Source: an uncultured delta proteobacterium
Lineage (GTDB): Bacteria; Desulfobacterota; Binatia; Binatales; Binataceae
Direction: 5' to 3'
Assembly: GCA_963699705.1 (NCBI GenBank)
Contig: CAVOUW010000003.1
Span: forward strand, 2,161,776 to 2,225,775
DNA length: 64,000 bases
Shown: one piece after another, positions 51,278 through 60,819 of the stretch
Layout of the letters: every line of letters begins with the position of its first letter
Numbering within the stretch: the first letter of the stretch is position 1
Notes under the pieces: model-generated
Told to the model about the DNA's origin: nothing
Seen by the model: only the letters and a program-made list of their open reading frames with translations
The model's database searches: none
Position numbers and translations under genes: made by a program

Positions 51278-51712
51278 TTATCCGCCGGATTGCCAAGATC
51301 GAATCGCTGGGATCGGATGGATCAACATTATGATGTTCAGGATGAGGCCGTCGCGAATCCACAGTGCAAGCGCCACTTCGAGCACGACGACTGTGATGAT
51401 GCTGACTCGGCGCGGCAGCCGGAACGCCAGCCCGAATCCCGCCATGCACGCGAGGATGTCGCACGTCGAGTTCATCACGCTGTCGCCGTAATAGTGAAGC
51501 GAGATCGTCGCTGCGCGATAGCGTTGGATGATCGTGTCGGTGTTCTCGACGATCTCCCACGCGGTTTCCACACCGAGCGCGATTAGCGCACGCACTCGTA
51601 CTGGTAGATTTCGCGCGACCAGCCACGTCAACGCGTAGAACAATACCCCATGCGTGATGTGGCTGAAGGTGTAGGGATCGGTCAGGTATTGCGAGTTGTG
51701 CGAGCTGTTCAC
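51278..51712 (-). CDS. DUF2585/UPF0314-like integral membrane protein
   Basis: 144 aa. GVETAWEIVENTDTIIQRYRAATISLHYYGDSVMNSTCDILAC. GTG start (plus-strand cac at 51710..51712). The family call is tentative. Confidence 0.5.
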   Translation of the reverse strand: MNSSHNSQYLTDPYTFSHITHGVLFYALTWLVARNLPVRVRALIALGVETAWEIVENTDTIIQRYRAATISLHYYGDSVMNSTCDILACMAGFGLAFRLPRRVSIITVVVLEVALALWIRDGLILNIIMLIHPIPAIRSWQSGG

Positions 51713-51845
51713 GTCGCCTGCCCAGACGCCGGGCTGACCGCCGATTCCCTGATTTTGCGGCCATTTATCAGTTCTACGGACGCCGCCAGCGCCATGATCG
51801 CGCCGCCGATCGCCCAGGATGCGGCTGCCGAGATGCGTATCTTCA

Positions 51846-52907
51846 TCAGCCCAGGAAATGCATTGCGATGATTGCGTTGGTCACTACGAATGACGCGGGG
51901 ATCAGCCAGCGCGAGTATTTGCGGATCTCGAGGCCCAGGTCGCGGCGGCGTTCCGAGCGATGGGTTACGTGGACTGTCATCAGTTCCACCACTGCGAGGA
52001 AAACGTAGATGTAGCACTCGAGGAAGAACGCATCGATGTAGGTCAGGTACGGTAGCCGCGGCATCGTCGCGGAAATCGCAAACGCGAACGCGATCACAGT
52101 CAGAATCGTCGTGACTGCGACTTGCACCTGGTTCGACAAGTCGGTGACCTCGATCCAGAACACCGCCCACGACAGGAACACCATCAGCAAGAGCGGCAGA
52201 AATACCTTCCATAAATAAAAGCTCGAGCGCCGCTGAACAGAAATCGCGAACCTGGCCTCCGGCACCGTCCGGCCGCCGTAGGTCGGAGCCACTCCTATTC
52301 GCGGCTCAACCGCTGCGACCCTCCACTGCGCCAGCGACGAGTAGCTCTCGAACTCGCTCGCCGTCCAGGTCGAGTGATCGCCCAGCCTGAACCTGATGTG
52401 AGGTCCATCGACCAGGAACGGGTGAATTATGATAACCAGCGACTGCCGGTCGAACGGGAATCGCCGGAGCGCGAACTTCGATGACAGCCCGACCTTGCAT
52501 CGCTCTGCATAGCGCACGGTGCCGTCGGGCGCGACGCGGATCGAAGTGTCGTAGCGCTCGCGCGGCGTGGCGGCGTTGATCATTTCGAGCTGCGGAATCC
52601 AGATTTGCCCGAATGAGTAGTTGCGCTCCTGATCGTCGGAACCGCTCGGCGTGAAGGCGAGCCGCGGATCGATCCATTTTGCGAACAGGTACGCGTCCAT
52701 CTGGAACTGCTCGTTCACTTCGTCGATCGACGAGATGTTCACGATGTGCAGTCCGATGTCGATGTCGAGCGGCTGTCCGTTGTAGGGCGGAGGTTGCAGG
52801 ATGGGATCGGTAGCGATGCCGGTCGGAGTTTGCGCCGCGCGCGACTCTACCGGCCACAACATTGCCGCGACAATCGCAAAAGCAAGCGCAACGATCCCCT
52901 GACACAT
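51846..52907 (-). CDS. prokaryotic pentameric ligand-gated ion channel (Cys-loop receptor superfamily, GLIC/ELIC-like)
   Basis: A signal peptide, a ~200-aa beta-rich extracellular domain, then the pLGIC M1 signature RRSSFYLWKVFLPLLLMVFLSWAVFWI, M2 QVQVAVTTILTVIAFAFAIS, M3 and a C-terminal M4. Confidence 0.75.
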   Translation of the reverse strand: MCQGIVALAFAIVAAMLWPVESRAAQTPTGIATDPILQPPPYNGQPLDIDIGLHIVNISSIDEVNEQFQMDAYLFAKWIDPRLAFTPSGSDDQERNYSFGQIWIPQLEMINAATPRERYDTSIRVAPDGTVRYAERCKVGLSSKFALRRFPFDRQSLVIIIHPFLVDGPHIRFRLGDHSTWTASEFESYSSLAQWRVAAVEPRIGVAPTYGGRTVPEARFAISVQRRSSFYLWKVFLPLLLMVFLSWAVFWIEVTDLSNQVQVAVTTILTVIAFAFAISATMPRLPYLTYIDAFFLECYIYVFLAVVELMTVHVTHRSERRRDLGLEIRKYSRWLIPASFVVTNAIIAMHFLG

Positions 52908-52913
52908 CCCGAC

Positions 52914-54398
52914 TCAGCCTTCCGGCGCCAGCATTTTGTCTGCGCGCACCAGCCGGTCGAACTCCTCTCCCGACAGCAGTTTCAGCGCGATCGCGGCCTC
53001 GCGCAGCGAGATATTTTCCGCATGCGCCTTCTTTGCGACTTTGGCCGCATTGTCATAGCCGATAGGTTCGCTCAGCGCCGTCACCAGCATCAATGAACTT
53101 TTGACGTTGCGCCGAAGCTGTTCGCGATTCGGCTCGATCCCCTCGACGCAGTACTTGCTGAACGACGCGCACGAATGCGCCAGCAGCATCGTCGAGTGCA
53201 GAAAGTTGTGGATGATGAGCGGTTTGAAAACGTTGAGCTCGAAATTTCCCTGCGATCCGGCCATCGTGATCGCCACATCGTTGCCGATCACCTGGATACA
53301 GACCATCGTCATCGCCTCGCTCTGCGTCGGGTTCACCTTGCCCGGCATGATCGACGAGCCCGGCTCATTCTCCGGCAAAATTAATTCCGCCAGGCCGGTG
53401 CGCGGTCCCGATCCCATCCAGCGAATGTCGTTGGCGATTTTCATCAGCGAGACCGCGAGCGTCTTGAGCGCTCCGGAAGCAGCCACCAGCGCGTCGTGAG
53501 CCGCGAGCGCCGCGAACTTGTTCGGCGCCGATTTGAATGGCAACCCAGTGTACTCCGCGATCTTTTTCGCGACGCGCTCCGCAAATTCGCGATGCGTATT
53601 GAGTCCGGTGCCGACCGCCGTGCCGCCAATAGCCAATTCCAGCAGGTCCGGCATCGCAACCTCGAGCCGTTTCAAGTCGTAGTCGAGCTGCGCGACGTAG
53701 CCCGAAAATTCCTGGCCAAGCGTCAGCGGCACCGCATCCATCAGATGCGTACGCCCGATTTTCACGATGTCGTCGAACGCTTTCGCCTTGCGCGCGAGCG
53801 CGTCGCGCAACTTTCGCACCGACGGAATCAGGTCGTGCGTGACTTCCTCAGCTGCCGCAATATGCATCGCGGTCGGAAACGTGTCGTTGGACGACTGCGA
53901 CATGTTGACGTCGTCGTTGGGATGAATCGGCTTCTTGCTGCCGAGCACGCCGCCCGCCATCTCGATCGCGCGATTCGAGATGACTTCGTTGGCGTTCATG
54001 TTGGTCTGCGTGCCGCTGCCGGTCTGCCAGATGCGCAGCGGAAAATGATCGTCGAGCTTGCCCGCGATCACTTCGTCCGCAGCCGCGCTCATCAGCCGCG
54101 CTTTGTCCGGCGGCAGCTTGCCGAGATCGCGATTAACTTCCGCCGCCGCCTTTTTCAAAATCCCGAATGCGCGCACCACTGACCGCGGCATCCGATCGAA
54201 TCCAATTGCGAAGTGCAGCAGCGACCGTTCCGTCTGCGCGCCCCAGTAGCGATCGTTGGCGACGTTGATAGCGCCCATGCTGTCCGACTCGACACGCTGC
54301 CCGGTCTGCGGCGTCTTGACCGTCACACTCGCCTTCGCGGTCGCGGCGCGCTTGGCGGCACTGGCCTTGCGCATCTTCGCGCTCGATTTTGATGCCAT
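52914..54398 (-). CDS. fumC: class II fumarate hydratase with a Lys/Ala-rich N-terminal extension
   Basis: The [16 protein letters not shown] signature and [25 protein letters not shown]. The first ~35 aa are [34 protein letters not shown]. Confidence 0.85.
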   Translation of the reverse strand: MASKSSAKMRKASAAKRAATAKASVTVKTPQTGQRVESDSMGAINVANDRYWGAQTERSLLHFAIGFDRMPRSVVRAFGILKKAAAEVNRDLGKLPPDKARLMSAAADEVIAGKLDDHFPLRIWQTGSGTQTNMNANEVISNRAIEMAGGVLGSKKPIHPNDDVNMSQSSNDTFPTAMHIAAAEEVTHDLIPSVRKLRDALARKAKAFDDIVKIGRTHLMDAVPLTLGQEFSGYVAQLDYDLKRLEVAMPDLLELAIGGTAVGTGLNTHREFAERVAKKIAEYTGLPFKSAPNKFAALAAHDALVAASGALKTLAVSLMKIANDIRWMGSGPRTGLAELILPENEPGSSIMPGKVNPTQSEAMTMVCIQVIGNDVAITMAGSQGNFELNVFKPLIIHNFLHSTMLLAHSCASFSKYCVEGIEPNREQLRRNVKSSLMLVTALSEPIGYDNAAKVAKKAHAENISLREAAIALKLLSGEEFDRLVRADKMLAPEG

Positions 54399-54627
54399 CT
54401 TCTATATACCTGCTCGATTTCCGATTCTTCGCGCCGAATATTCTAGCCCGCCTGCCTGCCGATCACAGCGCTTTTTCACCGTCACGATTCCCCCATCGCT
54501 GCCCTTTTCAGAGCCGCTGTGCCGATATAGGTTATGCGGCGTACTCCCGACAATAGGGTGTGCGATTTTAGATTCGTGACAATTTTCGAGATATTATAAG
54601 GACTCGATTCCAAGCGAGGCTGCAACC

Positions 54628-54987
54628 ATGCCCTGGACCATCACCCGTCTTTGCCGCGACTGCGTTGACACCGGATGCGTCAGCGTTTGCCCGGTCGATT
54701 GTATCTACGAATACGTCGGCCCCGACAAGGTAAAATTCCCCAACCAGCTCTACATCGATCCCGACGAATGTATCGATTGCGGCGCCTGCGAGCCCGAATG
54801 CCCATGGCAGGCGATTTTCGAAGAGCCCGCAGTTCCCGAGGTCCTCAAGGACGACATCCCGCTGAATCACGCGCTGCTTGAAATCAAAGACCAGTTTAAG
54901 GTGATGCCGTTCAAAAAGGTCGATCACCCAACCCCAGAGCAAGTAGCCGAAAACAAGAAAAAGTGGGGCGTCGACCCAAACAGCTGA
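54628..54987 (+). CDS. ferredoxin (7Fe FdxA-type, two Cys clusters) with a C-terminal extension
   Basis: [20 protein letters not shown] and [16 protein letters not shown]. Confidence 0.8.
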   Translation: MPWTITRLCRDCVDTGCVSVCPVDCIYEYVGPDKVKFPNQLYIDPDECIDCGACEPECPWQAIFEEPAVPEVLKDDIPLNHALLEIKDQFKVMPFKKVDHPTPEQVAENKKKWGVDPNS

Positions 54988-55056
54988 CGCTGCGGTTCGA
55001 ACACAATTCAAACCCAATTGTCCCCGTGCCCTCGGCGCAGTGGTGACTCCAAAAAT

Positions 55057-55099
55057 CTGGTTCCCCTTCCCGCGCGGGAAGGGGTTAGGGGTTAGGTTC
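55057..55099 (-). repeat. family 2 GC-rich hairpin repeat (copy 2, reverse orientation)
   Basis: CTGGTTCCCCTTCCCGCGCGGGAAGGGGTTAGGGGTTAGGTTC is the reverse complement of the copy at 36391. It sits between the convergent ferredoxin and hypothetical genes. Confidence 0.75.
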
Positions 55100-55342
55100 T
55101 CGGGCGTTAGCGATCCTCCCACTCCCTTCAAGGAAGCTGCGCCCAACCTCCGTCAGATCAACAATCAATTCGCGCCCGACAATATGCCGACGCGCAATAA
55201 ATCCCCGCTCGTTCGCATCCTCCCAAACCGTCAACCTCGGGCACGACGTGCGCCAAACCTCCATCACTTCTGAGTAAGGTCGCGGCCGTGCCGCTATCCA
55301 CTCCAGAAAATCCAAAATCAGCGGTGCGAGCGTGTCGCTCAT
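55085..55342 (-). CDS. hypothetical protein (last gene of a prx-dsbA operon)
   Basis: 85 aa, MSDTLAPLILDFLEWIAARPRPYSEVMEVWRTSCPRL…. Its 3' end runs into the family-2 repeat. Confidence 0.4.
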   Translation of the reverse strand: MSDTLAPLILDFLEWIAARPRPYSEVMEVWRTSCPRLTVWEDANERGFIARRHIVGRELIVDLTEVGRSFLEGSGRIANAREPNP

Positions 55343-55345
55343 CCG

Positions 55346-55876
55346 CTAGACGGCCTCCTCAATCGCCGCCATCAACGACTCAAGATCGAACGGCCCGTCG
55401 TGACGCGCGCCGTTAATGAAAAACGTCGGCGTGCCGTTCACTCCGCTCCTCACCCCGCTGCTAAAATCCTCGCGCACCCGCTCGGCGTGAGTATGCGCCT
55501 CCATCTCTTTGACGAATCGCGGCACGTCGAGCCGCAGCTTCTTGGCATATCGCACCAAATCTTCATCATCGAGCGCGTCCTGATTTTCGTACAGCAGATC
55601 ATGCATCTCCCAGAACTTGCCCTGCGCTCCCGCCGCCTCCGCAGCTTCCGCAGCGTGCTCGGCGTGAGGATGCGCCTCGGCTAGCGGAAAATTCCGAAAA
55701 ACGAAGCGCAGCTGATCGCCCAGCCGCTTTTGCAGCGCCTTGGTTACCGGATACGCTTCACCGCAGTAGGGGCATTCGTAATCTCCATATTCGACGATCG
55801 TGACCGGCGCTTTCGCGGGACCCTGCACGTGATCGTTCGCGCCGACCGGTGGCTTAAGTTTCGCAGATGGACTCAT
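55346..55876 (-). CDS. DsbA-family thiol-disulfide oxidoreductase
   Basis: VTIVEYGDYECPYCGEAYPV (CxxC) …GTPTFFING. ATG at 55874..55876 is preceded by AGGAG. The ORF opens further upstream at 55972. Confidence 0.75.
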   Translation of the reverse strand: MSPSAKLKPPVGANDHVQGPAKAPVTIVEYGDYECPYCGEAYPVTKALQKRLGDQLRFVFRNFPLAEAHPHAEHAAEAAEAAGAQGKFWEMHDLLYENQDALDDEDLVRYAKKLRLDVPRFVKEMEAHTHAERVREDFSSGVRSGVNGTPTFFINGARHDGPFDLESLMAAIEEAV

Positions 55877-55887
55877 CGGCCCGGCTC

Positions 55888-56373
55888 CTACTTTTTCGCC
55901 GCGAGCGTTTCGAGTGCCTCGAGTATTCCGTCGGCGCCGGGATTGACCCCGACCGGAGACAGGTAGCTCCACGCAATCGTCCCCTTCGGATCGATTACGA
56001 ACAGCGCTCGCTCACAGACGCCTTCGTGCTCGCGATACGCGCCGTACTTTCGTGCGACCGCACCCTTGGGCTCGAAATCCGCCAGCAGCGGAAAGTGCAA
56101 CTTGCGATTCTGCGCGAACGCATCATGGCACCAGGAGCCATCGACCGAGATTCCGACGATCGCCGCCTTGAATTTGTGGAACTCGGGCAGCACCTCATTG
56201 TAGAGCGCCATCTGATCGCCGCACACCGGACTCCAATCCGCCGGGTAGAACGCAAGGATCAAAGGCGCGCCGCGGAAATCGCTCAGCGAGACGAGTTGGT
56301 CGGGCGTGCTATGCAGCGAAAACTCCGGCGCCGCGGTGCCGGGACTAAGTATCTTGCTGGTGTTGTCGGCCAT
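55888..56373 (-). CDS. peroxiredoxin (AhpC/TSA/redoxin family)
   Basis: LILAFYPADWSPVCGDQMALYNEVLPEF…GISVDGSWCHDAF. Confidence 0.8.
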   Translation of the reverse strand: MADNTSKILSPGTAAPEFSLHSTPDQLVSLSDFRGAPLILAFYPADWSPVCGDQMALYNEVLPEFHKFKAAIVGISVDGSWCHDAFAQNRKLHFPLLADFEPKGAVARKYGAYREHEGVCERALFVIDPKGTIAWSYLSPVGVNPGADGILEALETLAAKK

Positions 56374-56595
56374 GATGTGACCCTCCTTGAATTTCCGGCA
56401 GGTCGAAGACTTGTTCGCAGATCGCCGATGCTAATCCCAGCGCGTTTCTGAGACAAACCGGTCACTCGACGAAGCCGGTACTTGCTCGGCTGCACTAGCC
56501 CAAGTATAAAGCCCGATCAGCCTCTTCAGGCGGTTATGTTCGTCCGCACATCGATAACACCAACCCGCAAGTACGCGGCGCTATCCTGACTGCCG

Positions 56596-57360
56596 GTGAC
56601 TGCTGGAGCGATGCATGAATCCCGCTCCACGCCATCGCCGATCGATCGTTACAGCCTCGCGAGCCTGCTGATCTATTTCGCGCTGTCGCTATTTTTTTTC
56701 GGCCGCTCGCTCGCAGGTCATCTTTCGAACGCGCATCTGGGTACCGGTCCCGACCCATCCGTCATGATCTGGATGCTGGTGTGGTGGTCGCATGCTATCG
56801 AGCACCGCTTGAACGTATTTATGACGCACGCGATCTGGGCGCCGTCCGGTTTCAACCTGGCCTGGGCAACCTGTATCCCGCTGGCTGCGTGGATCGCGCT
56901 GCCACTCACTCGCATCTTCGGGCCCGTCGTAAGTTACAATCTGCTGTGCCTGCTCGCCCCGGCACTGGCGAGTTGGACGGCGTTTATCCTCTGCCGCTAC
57001 CTGACCAACAGCTATTGGCCCGCGCTCCTTGGCGGCTACATATTCGGCTTCTCCTCATACATGCTCGGCCAGATGTACGGGAATTTGCCCCATCTCCTGG
57101 TATTCCCGGTTCCTCTGGCCGTATATTTAGTCGCGCGCAAACTTGCCGCAGACATAAAGACCGCGACCTTCGTAATGCTGCTGGCAATGGTTCTGGCGAT
57201 GCAGTTCCTGCTCACGATCGAAATCGTCGCGACCATGACGATGTTCGGCGCGATGGCGCTAGCGCTCGCAATATCATTTACCTCAGGCGATCTGAGAAGC
57301 CGTGTCTTGCGACTGATCGGTCCGATCCTCGCAAGTTATGCGATCGCAATCGCATGGTGA
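56596..57360 (+). CDS. polytopic membrane protein (N-terminal module of a two-part envelope protein)
   Basis: 254 aa, ~7 TM. GTG start. It ends in the GTGA/ATGGTGA overlap with the next ORF. Confidence 0.45.
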   Translation: MTAGAMHESRSTPSPIDRYSLASLLIYFALSLFFFGRSLAGHLSNAHLGTGPDPSVMIWMLVWWSHAIEHRLNVFMTHAIWAPSGFNLAWATCIPLAAWIALPLTRIFGPVVSYNLLCLLAPALASWTAFILCRYLTNSYWPALLGGYIFGFSSYMLGQMYGNLPHLLVFPVPLAVYLVARKLAADIKTATFVMLLAMVLAMQFLLTIEIVATMTMFGAMALALAISFTSGDLRSRVLRLIGPILASYAIAIAW

Positions 57361-58772
57361 GTCCCTATCTCTATTACCTCTTCGCCTTCGGATTTCCCCA
57401 CGGCCCGATGTGGTCGCTCGCGACGTTCTCCGGCGATCTGCTCAACTTCGTAGTGCCGACTAATTTGAACGTCCTCGGCCATATCGGCGCCTTCGAATCG
57501 ATCTCCAACAATTTCGCCGGCAACATCTACGAGGCCGCGGGATATCTAGGACTTCCACTCATACTGATCGCGATCATTTTCGCGCGCTATCACTGGCGCG
57601 AGCCGCTGGGCAAGTTGCTGATCGATTCGCTGGTGATCATTTGCGTCCTGTCACTGGGTCCTCTGCTTCACCTGGCAGGGAAGCCTTCAATCGGCCTGCC
57701 AGGAAAGTTGCTCGCGCGGTTGCCGATCCTTGAAAATGCGTTACCCGCGCGGTTCATGCTCTATGCTTTTCTGGATCTATCGATCTTAACTTCAATCTGG
57801 CTGGCCACCAGCTCCGCAAAAACAGTTTCGAAGTACGCAATTGCAGTTCTCGCGGCCTTGTTTCTGATGCCGAATCTCTCCGCGACCTCCTGGAGTGCGC
57901 CGATCGATACGCCGCCCTTCTTTTTGAACGGGCTCTACCGGAACTACCTGGCTCCCGACGAGACTGTGGTCATCCTGCCCTACGGGCTCAGAGGCAACAG
58001 CCTGCTCTGGCAGGCCCAGACCGACATTTATTTTCGCATGGCGGGCGGCTATACGGGCGTCATGCCTCCCGATTTCGAAAGTTGGCCGATTGTCGATGCG
58101 ATGTACGCTGGAGCTTACCTTCCCGACCCAGAAAATCAGTTGAAGGCGTTCCTCGCCAATCATGACGTAAGCGCGGTCATCGTCAGCGACAATGAAAAGG
58201 ACGCATGGCGGCCTCTGCTCGCCACCTTGGAAGTTACACCAATCGATGTCGGCGGCGTGGCACTCTACAAAATTCCACCTCTCAACCTTGCCGCTTATAA
58301 AGGTCAGACTCCGCTTAATTTGGAGCGCCAGGCCGATTCGACTCGCTTCGACGCTCTTATCGTCGCCGCCAACAAGTATCTCCAACGCACCGGCTCTCTC
58401 GACGGTCTCACTCCGCACGTGGCCGATAGCCTCGGCCTGATTCCCGCCGGTTGGCTCGTAGGTCCGCCGCTGCCGCCCTACTATTGGAGTCAGGGTTCGG
58501 AGCTTCGCCGCGACAAGGGTCTCTGGCTAGGTCCATGGCGCGACGGTCAAGCGAGCATCGGGTTGGAAGGTTCCTATGCCGCGATCAAACCGCTGATCGA
58601 CAAGTATCGCGCCTCGGCCAGCCAGATTTATTTTCCCTATCCAGATCAGTTCTCCGAGACTTCGCAGAAAGACGGCTCAGCGCTTCTGGTGATAGTCTTC
58701 GACCGCGAGCAATTGTCACGTGCAGCCGCTCAAATTGAAGCGTCCCCTTCAAGGCCGCGGGACGCCACGTGA
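57357..58772 (+). CDS. membrane protein with a large C-terminal periplasmic domain (C-terminal module, or a frameshifted continuation of the previous ORF)
   Basis: (M)VSPYLYYLFAFGFPHGPMWSLATFSGDLLNFVVPTNLN…4-5 TM, then about 300 aa soluble. Possible starts are GTG 57357 and ATG 57354. The ORF track extends it to 56781 in a non-coding frame. Confidence 0.45.
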   Translation: MSPYLYYLFAFGFPHGPMWSLATFSGDLLNFVVPTNLNVLGHIGAFESISNNFAGNIYEAAGYLGLPLILIAIIFARYHWREPLGKLLIDSLVIICVLSLGPLLHLAGKPSIGLPGKLLARLPILENALPARFMLYAFLDLSILTSIWLATSSAKTVSKYAIAVLAALFLMPNLSATSWSAPIDTPPFFLNGLYRNYLAPDETVVILPYGLRGNSLLWQAQTDIYFRMAGGYTGVMPPDFESWPIVDAMYAGAYLPDPENQLKAFLANHDVSAVIVSDNEKDAWRPLLATLEVTPIDVGGVALYKIPPLNLAAYKGQTPLNLERQADSTRFDALIVAANKYLQRTGSLDGLTPHVADSLGLIPAGWLVGPPLPPYYWSQGSELRRDKGLWLGPWRDGQASIGLEGSYAAIKPLIDKYRASASQIYFPYPDQFSETSQKDGSALLVIVFDREQLSRAAAQIEASPSRPRDAT

Positions 58773-59907
58773 GCGCGCTTCCTAAAGATTACCGTCCAAC
58801 TCTCGACGGATGGCGCGCGATAGCCATCCTGCTCGTGATGTTCGAGCATTGCGGCGGCGCCTTGTTCGAGCCGGGCGGTCGATTTCCCAATCCGACCTGG
58901 TTCGGAATCAGCCAGCACGGCGTATTCGGGGTTGACCTGTTCTTTGGTATCAGCGGGCTACTGATTTGCGGCCGCTTGCTCGACGAGAACGACAAAACCG
59001 GCGGGATAAGTCTTCGCAGCTTTTACACCCGGCGCGTGTTCCGAATTATTCCACCCGCATTCGCGTACCTTGCGACCATCGCCGTGCTCGCGATAATCGG
59101 CGTCATCGTATGTGACTCCGCGAGAATGGCTCGCCAGTCTGTTCTTTTCCCGCAACTACATCCTGATGCCAAAGGACGCCGGATGGTACACCGGACATTT
59201 CTGGTCGCTCGCCGTCGAGGAACATTTCTATCTCATCTGGCCGGCCGCGCTGATAGCACTCGGCAGTAGCCGCGCGCGGCGTTTCACGCCATGGCTGGCG
59301 ATCGCCGTCGCGCTATGGCGAGTGGTGGACTACGTCTATTTCCACGGACAAATCTGGCCCGGCGTCCTATCGAATCTCATATATGAGAGGACGGATACGC
59401 GCTTCGATGCTCTATTGTGGGGATGCTGGATCGCACTGATTGCTCGCGATCCGGCTTTCCGTGACGCTTACACGAAACCTCGGTGCGGGACTCATCATAG
59501 GACTTCTGCTATCGGCGCTGATCGCATTGCTCGCGCTGAATCCTCCGTTGCAGACGGGCGTCGAGGGTTTCCTGGTGCCCGCCATCCTGATCGGCACGGT
59601 TCTCAATCCCGGACTGTTGCTAAGCCGAATTCTCGAAACCTCACCGATGCGCTGGATAGGACGGATTTCCTACAGCCTCTACATCTGGCAGCAGCTTTTC
59701 CTCGGGACCATTCGCCGTCCGCTGCCGCTCGGAGTGCTGCAGGAATTTCCACTGAATATTGTCGCGGTATTCGTCTGCGCCGCCACGAGCTACTACCTGC
59801 TCGAGCGCCCACTGGTCCGCATCGGACATTCGTTGTCCGCCAGATTTCAAACTCCACAAATCCAGCCGAGCGCTCTTGTTCCGCTCTCCAGAAGGGAGAG
59901 GGGTTAG
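58769..59907 (+). pseudogene. acyltransferase family 3 (OafA/YrhL-like) membrane protein, two apparent frameshifts
   Basis: Frame 2: LDGWRAIAILLVMFEHCG…GVDLFFGISGLLI…RRVFRIIPP. Frame 0: WLASLFFSRNYILMPKDAGWYTGHFWSLAVEEHFYLIWP. Frame 1: IGRISYSLYIWQQLFLG…YYLLERP. All three acyltransferase-3 signature blocks are present but in three different frames (junctions at about 59105..59130 and 59455..59475). Confidence 0.65.
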
Positions 59908-59914
59908 GGGAGAG

Positions 59915-60361
59915 TTACTGCGTAATCACCATCGCGGCGGTGCGCGTGAGCGGGATTGTCACCGACGAAACCAGGTTCGTCAGCGGTGGAAAATTGTAGC
60001 TGACGCTTACGGTTACTTTGCTCCCGGGCTTGTTGTCCGGAGACCAGGTCGTGGTGACGGTCATCGAGCTCGTGGTCAGCACTCCGACGACGAGAGCCTT
60101 CACGTAATTCGTAACATCCGTCGAGGACACGACAGTTGTCGCGGTCGAGCCATGAACTGTCGCATAGCGAACTGCCTGCTGCGCGCTGTAACAGACGAAG
60201 TCGTAGCAATAGAGCGCCAGCGCGAAGTTGATGATCCCGAAAAACAGCGTCAGGCACGGCGTGATCACCAGCGCGAACTCCGCCATCGCCTGCGCCGGAT
60301 GCGATCGCCCCGCAGCGTCGCGTAATCGTCGCCACCCCTGCTTGAAGCCGCCGCGCTTCAT
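59915..60361 (-). CDS. TadE/TadF-like pilus assembly (minor pilin) protein
   Basis: MKRGGFKQGWRRLRDAAGRSHPAQAMAEFALVITPCLTLFFGIINFALALY is the TadE-like N-terminal motif. ATG at 60359..60361 overlaps the upstream stop (ATGA). Confidence 0.7.
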   Translation of the reverse strand: MKRGGFKQGWRRLRDAAGRSHPAQAMAEFALVITPCLTLFFGIINFALALYCYDFVCYSAQQAVRYATVHGSTATTVVSSTDVTNYVKALVVGVLTTSSMTVTTTWSPDNKPGSKVTVSVSYNFPPLTNLVSSVTIPLTRTAAMVITQ

Positions 60362-60819
60362 TGCACCACTCGCATGACAGCTTTGCCCGGCACCGTGATC
60401 GCCGGCAGGATTCCCATGAAGTTGATCAGCGGCGAATACGACGCGCTGGTATTGACCTGCGTGTACAGCAACCGATGGCTCCCTGAGCAGTCGGTCGCGA
60501 GGCAGGTTGACGCGCTTCCGTCCGAGCATTTGCAGAAATGAGACGCGACCGCGATCATCCCGCTGAGATTAGGTGCGTCGTTGGTCGCCGCCGCCTGCAT
60601 TCCCGCGTTGTCGGCCGCCGTCGAAAGATTCTGCGCACCATACTGGACGCCGGCCCGCGCCGCGTTCGCAACTGAAATCGCGATGTAGAACGCGCGCCCG
60701 GTTTCCACCACCACCAGGAACATCATCAGCAACAGCGGCAGACTGAGCGCGAGCTCCACCGACGCCTGCGCGCGACTGCTACGCCGCCGCATCCGCCTCG
60801 ATGTACGCAGCGCGTTCAT
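60358..60819 (-). CDS. TadE-like pilus assembly protein
   Basis: RRRSSRAQASVELALSLPLLLMMFLVVVETGRAFYIAISVANAARAG. Overlaps tadG by ATGA. Confidence 0.7.
   Translation of the reverse strand: MNALRTSRRMRRRSSRAQASVELALSLPLLLMMFLVVVETGRAFYIAISVANAARAGVQYGAQNLSTAADNAGMQAAATNDAPNLSGMIAVASHFCKCSDGSASTCLATDCSGSHRLLYTQVNTSASYSPLINFMGILPAITVPGKAVMRVVQ

Noticed and set aside
51709-52212. 167-aa ORF overlapping the 3' end of the pLGIC gene
   Set aside because: It lies in a different frame from the clearly conserved pLGIC TM3-TM4 region and has no features.
54568-55146. 192-aa ORF on the - strand starting in the family-2 repeat
   Set aside because: It runs antisense through the ferredoxin gene and begins inside the GC hairpin repeat (…PNPFPRGKGNQ…), so it is a translation of the repeat rather than a gene.
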